Origin: an uncultured Actinomycetota bacterium | Lineage (GTDB): Bacteria > Actinomycetota > Actinomycetes > Propionibacteriales > Nocardioidaceae | Direction: 5' to 3' | Length of the DNA: 64,000 nucleotides | Assembly: GCA_963721965.1 (NCBI GenBank) | Contig: CAVRKT010000022.1 | Location: forward strand, 2,331 to 66,330 | Shown: piece after piece, positions 21,617 through 33,699 of the stretch | Position numbering within the stretch: the first letter of the stretch is position 1 | Layout: every line of letters starts with the position of its first letter | The notes under the pieces: generated by a model | Told to the model about the DNA's origin: nothing | The model's database searches: none | What the model saw: the letters and a program-made list of their open reading frames with translations, nothing else | Translations under genes and position numbers: made by a program

Positions 21617-21943
21617 GTGGATGTCATCGGGCTGCTGCCCCTGGTGGGCATCGCCCTCGTCTTCTGGCTCCTGATCATCCGGCCGGCGTCGCGTCGCAAC
21701 AAGGAGTTGCGCACGATGCAGTCCCGGTTGTCAGTGGGTGACGAGGTGATGCTGACCTCCGGCTTCTTCGGCACCGTCCGAGGCGTGCTGGACGACCGGT
21801 TGGAGCTCGAGCTGGCGCCCGGGGGCACGGTGGTCACCGTCGCCAAGGGCGCGATCGGCAACGTCGTGCCCCGTCCCGGCGACGACATCATCGAGCCGAC
21901 GACCCACGACGAGGCGCCGCCGGCCGACCCCGAGGAGCGCTGA
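21617..21943 (+). CDS. yajC: Preprotein translocase subunit YajC
   Basis: TM helix, then FWLLIIRP and LSVGDEVMLTSGFFGTV; upstream of secD. Confidence 0.93.
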   Translation: MDVIGLLPLVGIALVFWLLIIRPASRRNKELRTMQSRLSVGDEVMLTSGFFGTVRGVLDDRLELELAPGGTVVTVAKGAIGNVVPRPGDDIIEPTTHDEAPPADPEER

Positions 21944-21944
21944 G

Positions 21945-23730
21945 GTGGCGAAGAGGCCGGCACGTCCCGGGCGCACGCTGATCCTGTTCCTCCTCGGCAC
22001 CACGCTGCTCTACGGGATGGTGGCGCTCGCCGGGAGCTGGACCCCCGAGCTCGGCCTCGACCTCCGGGGCGGCACGCGCATCACGCTCAACGCCAAGGGC
22101 GATCCCAGCCAGACCAACCTCGACGAGGCCCGGTCGATCATCGACCAGCGCGTCAACGGCTCGGGCGTCACCGAGGCCGAGGTCACCACCGAGGGCGGCG
22201 ACGTCATCGCCGTCGAGATCCCCGGTGAGCGGCGCCGCGACCTCATCGAGACCGTGCAGCGCCAGGCCCAGCTCCGGTTCCGGCTCGTCGCCTGCTCCGA
22301 CTCCAGCCCCTGCGCCGGCGGCGCGCCGCAGGCGCCGGTCGACCCCAACGCGCCCACCGGGCCCGCCGCCCCGCAGGCCACCCCGGCCGCGCCCGCCCGC
22401 CGGCACCGAGCCCGCTCCGGAGGGCGCCAACCGGCCGCCGACCGGGTACGCCGCCGACGACACCGACACGCCGTCGCCGTCCCCGGACCCGTCGGCCTCC
22501 GAGGACCCCGCGACCACGCCGTCCCCGGCCGCCGTCGCCGACGAGTCGGCCGTCGCCGACCTCGACACCGAGTACCAGTGGGCCAAGAACCCCGACCAGG
22601 CGTCGATCGAGCTGTTCAACCAGTACGCCTGCGACCCGGACGGCCTCCTCACCAAGCCCGACGGCTCCGCGCTCGGCACCGCCGACGCCGTCGTCGACGA
22701 CCCGCTCAAGCCGCTGGTGGCCTGCTCGCCGCCGGAGGGGAGCCCGGACGACGACGACTACCGCCCGGCCGAGAAGTTCCTGCTCTCGCAGGCGATCATC
22801 GCCGGCACCGACCTCGAGGGCGCCGACTACGGCATCCCGCAGGGCGAGGTGCAGAACGTCGTCACGCTCGAGATCGGCGGCAAGGGCCAGGACGTCTTCA
22901 CGCAGGCCTCCGAGACGCTCGAGACCGACGTCGACCAGTTCGCGATCGTGCTCGACGGCGAGGTGCTCTCGGCGCCGACGTTCCAGGGTCGGATCCCCAA
23001 CGGCAACGCACAGATCAGCGGCAACTTCACCGAGGCCAGGGCGTCCTCGCTGGCCACGAGCCTCCGCTACGGCGCGCTCCCGATCTCGTTCGAGGAGCCG
23101 TCGGTCCAGACCATCGGCCCCTCGCTGGCCGGCGACCAGCTGCGCGCCGGTCTCACCGCGGGTGCCTTCGGCCTCGGGCTCGTGCTGATCTACTGCCTCT
23201 TCTACTACCGCGGCCTCGGCGTGGTCGTGGTGGCCTCGCTGCTCGCGGCCGGGGCGGTCAACTTCGCGCTGGTGCTGCTGCTGAGCGAGACGGCGGGATT
23301 CACGCTCACCCTGCCGGGAATCGCGGGACTCATCATCGCCGTCGGTGTCACCGCCGACTCCTTCATCATCTTCTTCGAACGCATCAGGGACGAGATGCGC
23401 GAGGGCAAGTCGATGCGCGTCGCCGTCGAGACCGGCTGGAAGCGCGCGAAGGTCACGCGGCTCGCCGCGCAGGTCGTCTCGCTGCTCTCGGCGGTCGTGC
23501 TCTACATCTTCGCCACCGGCGCGGTGAAGGGCTTCGGGTTCGCGCTCGGCCTCACCACGGTCGTCGACCTCGCGATCCTGTTCTGGTTCACCAAGCCGAT
23601 GGTGTCCTGGCTCGCCCGGTTCCGCTTCTTCAACACCGGCAGCCGGTTCTCCGGTCTCAGCCGGGACTCGCTCGGGCTCGACGAGCCGCGGCCCAAGCCG
23701 GTCCCCGCCGGCGCGGGAGGGAAGGCCTGA
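21945..23730 (+). CDS. secD: Protein translocase subunit SecD (indel)
   Basis: LGLDLRGG, RVNGSGVTE, FAIVLDG, LRYGALP, LTLPGIAG and VKGFGF motifs. Confidence 0.96.
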
Positions 23731-24966
23731 TGGGCAAGTTCTCGCGGCTGGGCAACCAGCTCTACAACGGCAAGAAGTCGGTCGACTTCGTCCACCGCCG
23801 CCCGCTCTGGTACGCCATCACCTCGGTGTTCGTGCTGGCCGCGATCGCGGCGATCTTCTTCAAGGGGCTGAACTTCGGCATCGAGTTCACCGGCGGCACG
23901 CAGTACTCCGTCCCGGTCTCGGACGTCTCCCAGGACACTGCCGACCGGCTGCGCGAGGTCGTGCAGGAGTCGGGCGTCGAGGCGGCCGAGTCACCGATCG
24001 CCACCACGGCCGGCAACTCGATCCTGATCCAGGTCGAGGAGATGAGCACCGCCGACACCGACGAGGTGGCGCAGGTGGTCTCCGAGGCCGCCGGGGTACC
24101 CGCCGACGACATCACCATCTCCGAGATCGGCGCGAGCTGGGGGCGCGACGTCGCCGAGCGGGCCGTGCTCGGTGTGGTCGTGTTCATCGTGCTCGTCCTC
24201 ATCTTCATCGGCTTCTACTTCCGCGAGTGGAAGATGTCGGCCGCGGCCCTGGTCGCGCTGATCCACGACGTCGTCATCACGATCGGCGTCTACGCGCTGT
24301 CCGGGTTCGCGGTCACACCATCAGCGGTGACCGGGATCCTGGCCATCCTGGGCTTCTCGCTCTACGACACCGTGGTGGTGTTCGACAAGGTGCGCGAGAA
24401 CACCCAGGCGATGCGCGCCAACCGGCAGACCTACGCGATCGCGGCCAACCTCGCCGTCAACCAGACGCTGGTGCGCTCGATCAACACCGGCATCGTGGCG
24501 CTGATCCCGATCGGCGCCATCCTCTGGGTGGCCGCCCTCCAGCTGGGCGCGAGCTCGCTGCAGGACCTCGCGCTGTCGCAGTTCGTCGGCATGGCCGTCG
24601 GCGTCTACTCCTCGATCTTCCTGGCGCCGCGCGTGCTGGTGCACCTGAAGTCCAACGAGAACGAGGTCGTGCTCGCCGAGCGCCGTGCCAAGGCGCGCGA
24701 GAGGTCGCGGGCCGACAAGTACGCCACCGTCCCGGCCTTCACCGACGACATGCCGGTGCGCGACGAGGACGCCGAGCCCGGTGATCCCGACGACGAGCTC
24801 GACGCCGACCTCGATGACGAGCGCCCGGGTCCGCGCCCGCCCGGCCGCCCCCGCGGCGACTGGCCGCGGCCGCACGGTGCCGGAGGCGCGCCGACCGGTC
24901 GGCGACAGCCGCGCCTCCGGGCGCCAGCAGCCCACGCGCAAGCCCAAGTCGCAGCGGGGCAAGTGA
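23730..24966 (+). CDS. secF: Protein translocase subunit SecF (indel near C-terminus)
   Basis: LNFGIEFTGG, GFSLYDTVVVFDKVREN and QTLVRSINT motifs. Confidence 0.96.
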
Positions 24967-25506
24967 CCGCCGACGTCGCGGCGGAGGTCATCCGCCTCGT
25001 CGTCGACGTCCCGGACTTCCCCGAGCCGGGGGTCGTGTTCAAGGACCTCACGCCGGTCTTCGGTGACGCGCGCGCCCTCGGCGCCGTGGTGGGGGCGCTG
25101 GCCGCATGCCGGCCGCGACGACGACGGCTCGGTCGCCGTCGACCGGGTCGCCGGCATCGAGGCCCGCGGGTTCGCGCTCGGCGCCCCGGTGGCCCTGGCG
25201 CTCGGCGTCGGCTTCGTGCCCGTGCGCAAGGCCGGCAAGCTGCCGCGCGAGACCCACTCGGTCTCCTACGCGCTCGAGTACGGCGAGGCCACGCTCGAGG
25301 TGCATCGTGACTCGTTCGCGCCGGGGGAGCGGGTGCTGCTCATCGACGACGTGCTGGCCACCGGCGGCACCATGGCCGCCGCCCGCGACCTCGTCCTCGC
25401 CTGCGGCGCCGAGCCGGTCGGGGCCGCCGTCGTGCTGGAGCTGTCGTTCCTCCCGGGGCGCGAGACCGTGGGTCACCTTCCGGTCACGTCGATCCTGACG
25501 GTGTGA
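24963..25506 (+). CDS. apt: Adenine phosphoribosyltransferase (indel)
   Basis: [29 protein letters not shown] and [11 protein letters not shown] motifs. Confidence 0.96.
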
Positions 25507-25538
25507 GCCGGCCGCGACGTGGCTCCTAGACTCATCCC

Positions 25539-27877
25539 ATGACGGAGGAGCGCACGGAGCCGGCCGCGCCCGAGCGCGCGCCCGAGCCCGAGCGCCCCAC
25601 CGCCGAGCGTCCCGTCCCCGACGTGCCCGAACACCGGCCGCAGCATGCGGGCGCGGCTGGCCCGGATGGGCAACCGCAGCCAGCCGACCAACCCGGTGCT
25701 GGAGCCGCTGTTCCGCGCGGTGCGCACCAACCACCCGAAGGCCGACCTGGCGCTGCTCGAGCGGGCCTACCGCACCGCCGAGAGCATGCACGGCACCCAG
25801 ATGCGCAAGAGCGGTGACCCCTACATCACCCACCCGCTCGCCGTCACCACGATCCTGGCCGGCATCGGCATGACCGAGCCCACCCTCGTCGCCGCCCTGC
25901 TGCACGACACCGTCGAGGACACGCCCGTACACCCTCGAGCGCTGCCGCGAGGAGTTCGGCGAGGAGGTGGCGCAGATGGTCGACGGCGTCACCAAGCTCG
26001 ACAAGGTCCAGTACGGCGACTCGGCGCAGGCCGAGACCATCCGCAAGATGATCGTCGCGATGTCGCGCGACATCCGGGTGCTCGTCATCAAGCTCGCCGA
26101 CCGGCTCCACAACATGCGCACCCTGCGGTACGTGCCGCTGCGCAGCCAGGAGCGCACCGCCCGCGAGACCCTCGACATCTACGCGCCGCTGGCCCACCGG
26201 CTCGGCATGAACACCATCAAGTGGGAGCTGGAGGACCTCGCGTTCGCCACGCTGCACCCCAAGATCTACGACGAGATCGTGCGGATGGTGGCCGAGCGGG
26301 CGCCGTCGCGCGACCAGTTCCTCGCCGAGGTGATCAGCCAGGTCGAGAACGACCTGCGCGAGGCCAAGGTCAGCGCCACCGTCACCGGCCGGCCCAAGCA
26401 CTACTACTCGATCTACCAGAAGATGATCGTCGGCGGCCGCGAGTTCGACGACATCCACGACCTCGTCGGCATCCGGATCCTCGTCGAGCAGGACCGCGAC
26501 TGCTACTCGGTGCTCGGCGTCCTGCACTCGCGGTGGAACCCCGTGCTCGGGCGGTTCAAGGACTACGTCGCGATGCCGAAGTTCAACATGTACCAGTCGC
26601 TGCACACGACGGTGATGGGCCCGACGGGCAAGCCCGTCGAGATGCAGATCCGTACCTTCGCGATGCACCGACGCGCCGAGTACGGCGTCGCGGCGCACTG
26701 GAAGTACAAGGACGACGGCCGCGAGGGGCGCGACACCGAGCAGCGCGGCGACATGAACGACATGACCTGGGTGCGGCAGCTGCTCGACTGGCAGAGCGAG
26801 GTCGACGACCCGGGGGAGTTCCTGGAGTCGCTGCGCTTCGAGATCAACCGCGCCGAGGTCTACGTGTTCACCCCGCGCGGCGACGTGATCTCGCTGCCCG
26901 CGGGCGCCACCCCGGTCGACTTCGCCTACGCCGTCCACACCGAGGTCGGCCACCACACCATCGGCGCCCGGGTGAACGGGCGGCTGGTGCCGCTGGAGTC
27001 GACGCTCGAGAACGGCGACGTCATCGAGGTCTTCACCTCCAAGAACGCCAACGCCGGGCCGTCGCGCGACTGGCTGAGCTTCGTGCGGTCGCCCCGCGCC
27101 CGCTCCAAGATCCGGCAGTGGTTCACCAAGGAGCGTCGCGAGGAGGCCATCGAGCAGGGCAAGGTCCAGATCGCCAAGCTCATGCGCAAGGAGGGGCTGC
27201 CGATCAAGCGGCTGCTCTCCCACGACTCACTCACCCAGGTGGCCGGCCACTTCCACCTCGCCGACGTCTCCGCGCTCTACGCCGCCGTCGGCGAGGGCAA
27301 CCTCGGCGCCCCCACCGTGGTGCGGAAGGTCATCGAGCTGCTCGGCGGCGAGGACGGCGTCCAGGAGGACCTCGCCGAGGCCGTCACCCTCACCGGTCGC
27401 CGCGGCCGCCCCCGCATCACCGGCGGCACCGAGGCCGGCGTGGTCGTCAAGGGCGCCCCGGACGTGTGGGTCAAGCTCGCCAAGTGCTGCACCCCGGTGC
27501 CGCCCGACACCATCCTCGGCTTCGTCACCAAGGGCGGCGGCGTCTCGGTGCACCGCCAGGACTGCACCAACGCGGCCGAGCTGCGCAACCAGCCGGAGAA
27601 GCTGCTCGAGGTCGAGTGGGCCCCCACCTCGCAGTCGACGTTCCTCGTCAACATCCAGGTGGAGGCCCTCGACCGCGCCCGTCTGCTCTCCGACATCACC
27701 ATGGCGCTCTCCGACGCCCACGTGAACATCCTCAGCGCCAACCTGACGACCACCCGCGACCGCGTCGCCAAGACCCGCTTCACCTTCGAGATGGCCGACG
27801 CGATGCACCTCGACACGGTGCTCAAGAACGTGCGGTCGGTGCCGGGAGTCTTCGACGCCTACCGCGTGACGGCGTGA
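25539..27877 (+). CDS. relA: Bifunctional (p)ppGpp synthetase/hydrolase Rel (indels)
   Basis: [30 protein letters not shown] and YQSLHTTV motifs; TGS, zinc-finger and ACT domains. Confidence 0.97.
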
Positions 27878-28378
27878 CTGTCTCCTCTGGGGACTGTGGG
27901 CCGCGCGCGTAACACGCCGGGTCTCGCCGTCAAGGATCTCGCTTCGCTCGCCCGCTGCGCGGCGGCCTTCGGCCGTCCTTGACTGCGAGCCTCTCCCGGC
28001 GGTTGGGACGGCGCACTGAACGGCGGGCTCCGCCACGCCGTCCGCGCAAGCGCGGCCACCACCTGTCTCACCGACCCCAGCCGTCGCACCGCTCAGGCAC
28101 TCGCGCTGACTTCTCAGCCGATGCATGGGCTGAGAAGTCAGCGGAGTGCCTGAGGAGTGGGACTCGTGGGGCCAGATGTGCCCGGGGGGCGCCCGCGCAT
28201 GCGGGCGGCGCGGGCGGAGCCCGTGCCGTTCAGCGCGCCGCTCAGCCGATCGAGCGAGGCTCGCGGTCAAGGACGGCCGAAGGCCGTCGCGCAGCGACCG
28301 GAGCGAAGCGAGATCCTTGACGCGGAGACTCGATCGGCTACGCGCGCGGGCGCCCCACAGTTCCCCGAGGACGGGTCA
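27875..28378. mobile_element. 504-bp non-coding imperfect palindrome (REPIN/MITE-like structured element)
   Basis: Two ~250-nt arms in inverted orientation, each starting TGAC; centre ATGCAT at 28121-28126 inside a long near-perfect hairpin; each arm holds GTCAAGGA...TCCTTGAC stems. The repeat structure is certain; mobility is inferred. Confidence 0.75.
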
Positions 28379-29605
28379 CGAGTAGTCGGCTGCTGCCTGC
28401 TTGGCCATGTCGAGGAACGACTGCCGCGACGCCAGGTTCTCCTCGAGGTCCTTGACCTTGCGATCGTTGCCGGCGGCGCGGGCCTTCTCGAGGTCGGCCT
28501 CGATGGCGGCGATGGCGGCCTCGAGCTTGCCGACCATGTCGTCGGCGCGGCGGGTCTTCTCGGGGTCGGAGCGGCGCCACTGCTCGTCCTCCAGGCCGCG
28601 GATCGTCTGCTCCACCTTGCGGATGCGGCCCTCGAGGTCGCGCATGCGATCGCGGGGCACCTTGCCGGCGGCGTCCCAGCGGTCGGCGATGTCGCGGAAC
28701 GCCTTCTTGGCGGTGTCGAGGTCGGTGACCGGGAGCAGGGCCTCGGCCTCGACGATCAGCTGGTCCTTGACCTCGGCGTTGGCCGCGAACTCCGCGTCGA
28801 GTGCGGAGTTGGCGGCGTCACGGGCGCCGAAGAAGGTGTCCTGGGCGCCACGGAACTTGGCCCAGAGCTCGTCGTCGACGTCCTTGGGGGCGGGGCCGGC
28901 GGCCTTCCACTGCCGCATCAGCTCGCGGTACTTGCCAGCGGTCGGACCCCACTCGGTGGATGACGACAGCGCCTCGGCCTCCTTGACCAGCCGCAGCTTG
29001 ACCACCCGCGCGCCCTCGCGCTTCTCGTCCTGCACCGCGAAGTGGGCCTTACGAGCCTTGGTGTAGGCGGTGCGGGCGGCGGAGAACCGCTTCCACAGCG
29101 CGTCGTCGGAGGCGCGGTCGAGGCGGGGGAGGGCCTTCCAGGTCTCCAGCAGGTCGCGGAGCCGGTGGGCGCCGTGGCGCCAGTCGGTGCCGGCGGCGAC
29201 CGCCTCGGCCTCGGCGACCAGCTTCTCCTTGTCGTCCTTGGCCTGCTTGACCTTCTCGGCCTTCTCGGCCTTGCGGGCCTCGCGCTGCGACGCGATGAGC
29301 GGGCCGAGGGCGTCGAGGCGGGCCGAGAGGGCGCCGAGGTCACCGACGGCGTTGGCGTCGATCACCTGCGCCCGCACGCCCTTGACGCTCTCGTGCGCCT
29401 CCTCGGGCGACATCTTCGCCGCGCGCACCCGCTGCTCGAGCAGCTCGACCTCGGCGCCCAGCGCGTCGTAGCGCGCGGTGTAGAAGGCCAGGGCGTCCTC
29501 GGGGGACCCGGCGGCGTACTGGCCCACCGATCGCTCGCCGTCGGCGGTCCGCACGTAGACCGTGCCGTCGTCGTCGACACGACCCCATTCGCTGCTCGTC
29601 ACCAC
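28376..29605 (-). CDS. DUF349 domain-containing protein
   Basis: WGRVDDDGTVYVRT N-terminus and repeated helical units (LMRQWKAAG...DDELWAKF); conserved next to relA. Confidence 0.92.
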   Translation of the reverse strand: MVTSSEWGRVDDDGTVYVRTADGERSVGQYAAGSPEDALAFYTARYDALGAEVELLEQRVRAAKMSPEEAHESVKGVRAQVIDANAVGDLGALSARLDALGPLIASQREARKAEKAEKVKQAKDDKEKLVAEAEAVAAGTDWRHGAHRLRDLLETWKALPRLDRASDDALWKRFSAARTAYTKARKAHFAVQDEKREGARVVKLRLVKEAEALSSSTEWGPTAGKYRELMRQWKAAGPAPKDVDDELWAKFRGAQDTFFGARDAANSALDAEFAANAEVKDQLIVEAEALLPVTDLDTAKKAFRDIADRWDAAGKVPRDRMRDLEGRIRKVEQTIRGLEDEQWRRSDPEKTRRADDMVGKLEAAIAAIEADLEKARAAGNDRKVKDLEENLASRQSFLDMAKQAAADYS

Positions 29606-29710
29606 AGTTCCCTCTGCTCAGCTTCCCGGAGCCGCCCATGCTAGAGGCACAGCACCGAGGGCTCCGATACTGGCGCGACCCCGCGGCTGGGCGCTCGCTA
29701 CGCTGACGCG

Positions 29711-30412
29711 GTGTTGATCGCCGGCTTCCCCGCGGGTCCGTGGGGCACCAACTGCTACGTGGCCGCCACCGGCCCCGGGGCCGAGTGCGTGGTCGTCGAT
29801 CCGGGCAAGGACGCCGCCGCCGGCGTGGCCGAGGTGGTGCGTGAGCACCGGCTGAAGCCGGTCGCCGTGCTGGTGACGCACGGGCACGTCGACCACATGT
29901 GGTGCGTGGCCCCGGTGGCCGGCACCTACGACGCCACGGCGTGGGTGCACCCGCGCGACCGGCACCTGCTGGCCGACCCGATGGCCGGCATGTCCCGCGA
30001 GACGGCGGCGATGCTGCTGGGCCAGGACGTGCAGTTCGCCGAGCCGGACGACGTCCGCGAGCTGAGCGACCTCCAGGAGCTGGAGCTGGCCGGCCTCACC
30101 TTCACCGTCGACCACACCCCCGGCCACACCGAGGGATCGGTGACCTTCCGCTCGCCGTACCCCGACGTCGACGAGGTCTCCGAGGTGCTGTTCTCCGGCG
30201 ACCTGCTGTTCGCCGGCTCCATCGGCCGCACCGACCTGCCCGGCGGTGACCACCCCACGATGCTCGACAGCCTGCGCCACAAGGTGCTCACGCTCGCCGA
30301 CGACATCGTGGTGCTGCCCGGTCACGGCGAGCAGACCTCGATCGGCCGCGAGCGCGCCACCAACCCCTACCTGCTCGAGCTGCAGGACGACCACGTCGCG
30401 CGAGGCCGGTAG
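29711..30412 (+). CDS. MBL-fold metallo-hydrolase (glyoxalase II-like)
   Basis: THGHVDH, TPGHTEGS, SGDLLF and LPGHG motifs. Confidence 0.93.
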   Translation: MLIAGFPAGPWGTNCYVAATGPGAECVVVDPGKDAAAGVAEVVREHRLKPVAVLVTHGHVDHMWCVAPVAGTYDATAWVHPRDRHLLADPMAGMSRETAAMLLGQDVQFAEPDDVRELSDLQELELAGLTFTVDHTPGHTEGSVTFRSPYPDVDEVSEVLFSGDLLFAGSIGRTDLPGGDHPTMLDSLRHKVLTLADDIVVLPGHGEQTSIGRERATNPYLLELQDDHVARGR

Positions 30413-30415
30413 GCC

Positions 30416-31766
30416 ATGTCCCGCGTCACCCCGCTGAGCGGGTTCCCCGAGCTGCTGCCCGCGCAACGCGTGGTCGAGCGCGAGGTCACCTCCGCGCTGG
30501 CCCGCACCTTCGAGCTGCACGGCTTCGCCAACATCGAGACGCGCGTCGTCGAGCCGCTGGACCGGTTGGCCAAGGGCGGCGAGGTCGACAAGGAGATCTA
30601 CGTGCTGCGCCGGCTGCAGGCCGCCGACGACGACCCCGGTGACACCGGCCTGGGTCTGCACTTCGACCTCACCGTCCCGTTCGCGCGCTACGTGCTGGAG
30701 CACGCGGGCCACCTCGAGTTCCCGTTCCGCCGCTACCAGATCCAGCCCGCGTGGCGAGGCGAGCGGCCCCAGGATCGGGCGCTACCGGCAGTTCACGCAG
30801 GCCGACGTCGACGTCGTCGGGCGCGACGTGCTGCCCTTCCACCACGACATCGAGGTGATGCGCGTGATGGTGGAGGCGCTGGACGCGCTGCCGCTGCCGG
30901 CGCTGAGCTTCCAGTTCAACAACCGCAAGCTGATCCAGGGGTTCTACCGCGGCGTCGGCGTCCCCGACGTCGCCGCCGCCATCCGCGTGATCGACAAGCT
31001 CGACAAGCTGCCCGCGGAGGTCGTGACCCAGCAGCTGACCGAGATCGGCGTCTCGGTCGAGCAGGCCGAGCAGTGCCTGGCGCTCGCCACCATCCGCACC
31101 CCCGACACCTCCTTCGTCGACCTGGTGCGTGCCCTCGGGGTGCAGGACGACCTGCTCGAGGAGGGCCTCGCCGAGCTCGCCGCGGTGGTCGAGGGCTGTG
31201 CGGCGGGAGAGCGGCGCGACGTGACGGTGGAGGCGAACCTGCGCATCGCGCGCGGCCTCGACTACTACACCGGCACCGTCGTCGAGATCTTCATGGCGGG
31301 CTACGAGCACCTGAAGTCGGTCGGCGGCGGGGGCCGCTACGACGCCCTCGCGACCGACGGCAAGACCACCTACCCGGGCGTCGGCGTGTCGTTCGGCGTC
31401 TCGCGCACCCTCGTGCCGCTGCTCACCGACGGCGTGCTCGCCGGGAGCCGGGCGGTGCCGAGTGCCGTGCTGGTCGCCGTCGTCGACGAGGAGCACCGGG
31501 GCACGAGCGACGCCGTCGCGGCCGCGCTCCGCGCTCGGGCCATCCCGTGCGAGGTGTCCCCGGCGGCCCAGAAGTTCGGCAAGCAGATCCGCACCGCCGA
31601 GCGCCGCGGCATCCCGTTCGTCTGGTTCCCGCAGCCCGACGGCAGCCACCAGGTCAAGGACATCCGCTCCGGCGACCAGGAGTCGGCCGATCCGACGGCG
31701 TGGACTCCGCCCGACACCGACCTGGCCCCGACCGTCATCACCACACCGAAGGAAGTCACTCCGTGA
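30416..31766 (+). CDS. hisS: Histidine--tRNA ligase (indel)
   Basis: [33 protein letters not shown] and GGGRYD motifs. Confidence 0.97.
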
Positions 31767-33546
31767 TCCGCACCCACGACGCCGGCACCCTGCGCGCCGA
31801 CCACGTCGGACAGACCGTGACCCTCGCCGGGTGGGTGGCCTCCCGGCGCGACCACGGCGGGGTGGTCTTCCTCGATGTCCGCGACGCCAGCGGCGTCGTG
31901 CAGGTGGTGGTGCGCGACGAGGGCGCCGCGCACGCCCTGCGCAACGAGTACTGCCTGAGGGTCACCGGCGAGGTCGTGCGTCGCGACGACCACAACCTGA
32001 ACCCCGACCTCGCCACCGGTGAGGTCGAGGTCGTGGCCGCCGAGCTCGAGGTGCTGAGCCCGTCCGCCACGTTGCCGTTCCCGATCGACGAGCACGTGAC
32101 GGTGGGGGAGGAGGCACGGCTCCGGCACCGCTACCTCGACCTGCGCCGCAGCGGCCCGGCGGCGGCCATCCGGTTGCGGAGCCAGGTCAACCGTACGGCT
32201 CGTGGCGTTCTCGACCGGCACGACTTCGTCGAGGTCGAGACCCCCACGCTGACGCGGAGCACGCCCGAGGGCGCCCGCGACTTCCTCGTCCCGGCGCGCC
32301 TCCAGCCCGGCAGCTGGTACGCCCTGCCGCAGAGCCCGCAGCTGTTCAAGCAGCTGCTGATGGTCGGCGGCCTCGAGCGGTACTACCAGATCGCCCGCTG
32401 CTACCGCGACGAGGACTTCCGCGCCGACCGGCAGCCGGAGTTCACCCAGCTCGACATCGAGATGAGCTTCGTCGAGCAGGACGACGTCCTCGCACTCTCC
32501 GAGGAGATCCTGGTCGCGCTCTGGTCGTTGATCGGGTACGACGTCCCGACTCCGATCCAGCGGATGACCTACGCCGAGGCGATGGCCCGGTTCGGCAGCG
32601 ACAAGCCCGACCTGCGGATGGGGCTCGAGCTCGTCGAGTGCACCGACTACTTCCGCGACACGCCGTTCCGGGTCTTCCAGGCGCCGTACGTCGGCGCCGT
32701 GGTGATGCCGGGCGGTGCCAGCCAGCCGCGCAAGAAGCTCGACGCCTGGCAGGACTGGGCCAAGCAGCGCGGGGCCCGGGGCCTCGCCTACGTGCTCTAC
32801 GGCGAGGACGGCGAGCTCGGCGGACCCGTGGCCAAGAACCTGTCCGAGGAGGAGCGCGCCGGGCTGATGGCCCACGTGGGCGCGGAGCCCGGCGACTGCG
32901 TCTTCTTCGGTGCGGGTGCGGTGAAGTCCACCCGGGCCCTGCTGGGCGCCGCCCGGCTGGAGATCGGCCGTCGCGGCGGCCTGCTCGACGAGAGCGCCTG
33001 GAGCTTCGTCTGGGTCGTCGACGCGCCGCTGTTCGAGCCCGCCGACGAGGCCACGGCGGCCGGCGACGTCGCGGTCGGCGGTGGCGCCTGGACCGCCGTC
33101 CACCACGCCTTCACGAGCCCGCAGGACCCCGACGGGTTCGAGCAGGACCCGGGCGGGGCGCTGGCCTGGGCCTACGACATCGTCTGCAACGGCAACGAGA
33201 TCGGCGGCGGGTCGATCCGTATCCACCGCCGCGACGTGCAGCAGCGGGTCTTCGCCGTCATGGGTCTCGACGAGGCCGAGGCGCAGGAGAAGTTCGGCTT
33301 CCTGCTCGACGCCTTCCAGTACGGCGCACCGCCGCACGGCGGCATCGCGTTCGGCTGGGACCGCGTCGTGGCGCTGCTCGCGGGCACCGACTCGATCCGC
33401 GACGTGATCGCGTTCCCGAAGTCCGGTGGGGGGATCGACCCGCTCACCGACGCCCCAGCTCCCATCAGCCCGGAGCAACGGAAGGAAGCCGGCGTGGACA
33501 CCCCGCCGGCCGACGAAATCGCCGGTCGAGGGTTGATCGGGAGTAA
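31763..33546 (+). CDS. aspS: Aspartate--tRNA ligase (3' end approximate)
   Basis: [35 protein letters not shown] and GAPPHGG motifs. Codon bias ends at about 33520, so the true stop is probably near 33536-33546 rather than 33703. Confidence 0.95.
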
Positions 33547-33699
33547 CGATCCGGGTGTCGGTCGAGACCACATCGTTACCGCCGTGTGCTTGCCGAGTGG
33601 AGGTCCGGTTCACATAGAGTCCACTGCGGTGTGCGGGAGACCCCCGGCCACATCATGGCTGGAAGCACTCGACATCCTCAGAGAGATGGTGACAACCAG

